Shown here one piece after another: positions 63,228 through 64,000 of a DNA stretch of 64,000 nt; the first letter of the stretch is position 1; every line of letters begins with the position of its first letter. The translations under genes were made by a program, and so were the position numbers. Location of the stretch: assembly GCA_963818475.1 (NCBI GenBank), contig CAWFSF010000006.1, positions 2,080,001 through 2,144,000 on the forward strand, in the 5' to 3' direction. The DNA is from Nitrospirota bacterium. GTDB lineage: Bacteria; Nitrospirota; UBA9217. Below the pieces are notes generated by a model that was given only the letters and a program-made list of their open reading frames with translations, ran no database searches and was not told the origin of the DNA.

Positions 63228-64000
63228 ATGAACTTCAGTGAACTAGATATTCCGGACGAGATCCGGCAAGGCGTCGAGCACGCCGGATTTACGGTGTGCA
63301 CGCCGGTGCAGGAAGCGGTGCTGCCGCGTGCCATCCGCGGCGAAGACATCGCTGCGCAGGCGCAGACCGGCACGGGAAAGACCGCGGCCTTTCTCATTTC
63401 GCTTTTCACCCGCATGATCAGGAACCCTGCCGTCGATTCCGGCGACTCTCCCCAGGCCCTGATCATCGCTCCCACGCGCGAACTGGCCGACCAGATCTTC
63501 CACGAGGCGGAGCGTCTCGGCAAGTTCACCGGCTTTCGGATGCTCGCGGTCTATGGCGGCATCGATTACCGGAAACAGATGGAGACACTGCAGAACGGCG
63601 TCGATGTGCTGATCGGCACGCCGGGCAGGCTCATCGATTACTATAAGCAGCATGTGTACAGCCTGAAAAAGACGCGCTACCTGATCATCGACGAGGCGGA
63701 CCGCATGTTCGATATGGGATTCATCGATGACATCCGGTTCATGCTCAAGAAGCTGCCGCCCTATACCAAACGGCAGTCCATGCTCTTCTCGGCCACGCTG
63801 TCGTACCGCGTCATGGAGCTGGCCTACGAGCACATGAACCTGCCGGAGAAGATATCCATCACCCCCGAGACCCTGACGGTCGAGAAGGTCGCGCAGGTGC
63901 TCTACCACGTCGGCAAGCACGAGAAGATCCCCTTGCTGCTCGGCCTCCTGAAGCGGGAAGCGCCCGAGCGCGCGCTGATCTTCGTGAACACGCGGCGCGC
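63228..64000 (+). CDS. DEAD-box RNA helicase, RhlB-like (3'-truncated by window; absent from ORF track)
   Basis: MNFSELDI..CTPVQ..AQTGTGKT..PTRELA..TPGRLIDY..DEADRMFDMGF..SAT. Confidence 0.92.
   Translation, partial: MNFSELDIPDEIRQGVEHAGFTVCTPVQEAVLPRAIRGEDIAAQAQTGTGKTAAFLISLFTRMIRNPAVDSGDSPQALIIAPTRELADQIFHEAERLGKFTGFRMLAVYGGIDYRKQMETLQNGVDVLIGTPGRLIDYYKQHVYSLKKTRYLIIDEADRMFDMGFIDDIRFMLKKLPPYTKRQSMLFSATLSYRVMELAYEHMNLPEKISITPETLTVEKVAQVLYHVGKHEKIPLLLGLLKREAPERALIFVNTRR

Overview
GC-rich bacterial window; gene content suggests an anaerobic Nitrospirota/Desulfobacterota-type genome (inference only). About 20 single-base frameshifts, including in glyS, ppdK, ribD and selD, point to an unpolished assembly, so split ORFs were rejoined by eye. 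(1) 6.6-35.4 kb, minus strand, downstream of tRNA-fMet: a 9-gene cluster of proteins with signal peptides. It holds a Gly-rich protein and a ~4,640-aa giant (LamG/Ig/FN3 stalk, 25 four-Cys Dictyostelium-type repeats, 2 PKD, C-terminal His...Cys papain-like domain). These are followed by an AT-rich ankyrin protein, a UxxC selenocysteine DsbA, DacB, a beta-propeller/FlgD protein, a pseudo-rhodanese, a dockerin protein and a cohesin-PASTA-Ig scaffold. This is a candidate cohesin/dockerin-assembled polymorphic toxin/adhesin system. (2) 38.6-45.7 kb: an ArsR-led selenium/sulfur trafficking cluster with three more in-frame UGA genes (selD, a DsrE/TusD, a thioredoxin-like NDPxGxxU protein), each followed by a SECIS-like hairpin. 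(3) 61.3-62.7 kb: a wHTH-MNT/HEPN pair with both catalytic motifs degenerate, followed by two tiny histone-H1-like Lys-rich peptides missed by the ORF track. The rest is housekeeping (three DEAD-box helicases, msrAB, ribD, ppdK, glyQS, GH57, ftsB), a Doc/AbrB TA pair, two sigma54 units and several REP/MITE-like repeats. No CRISPR array, integrase or transposase was seen.
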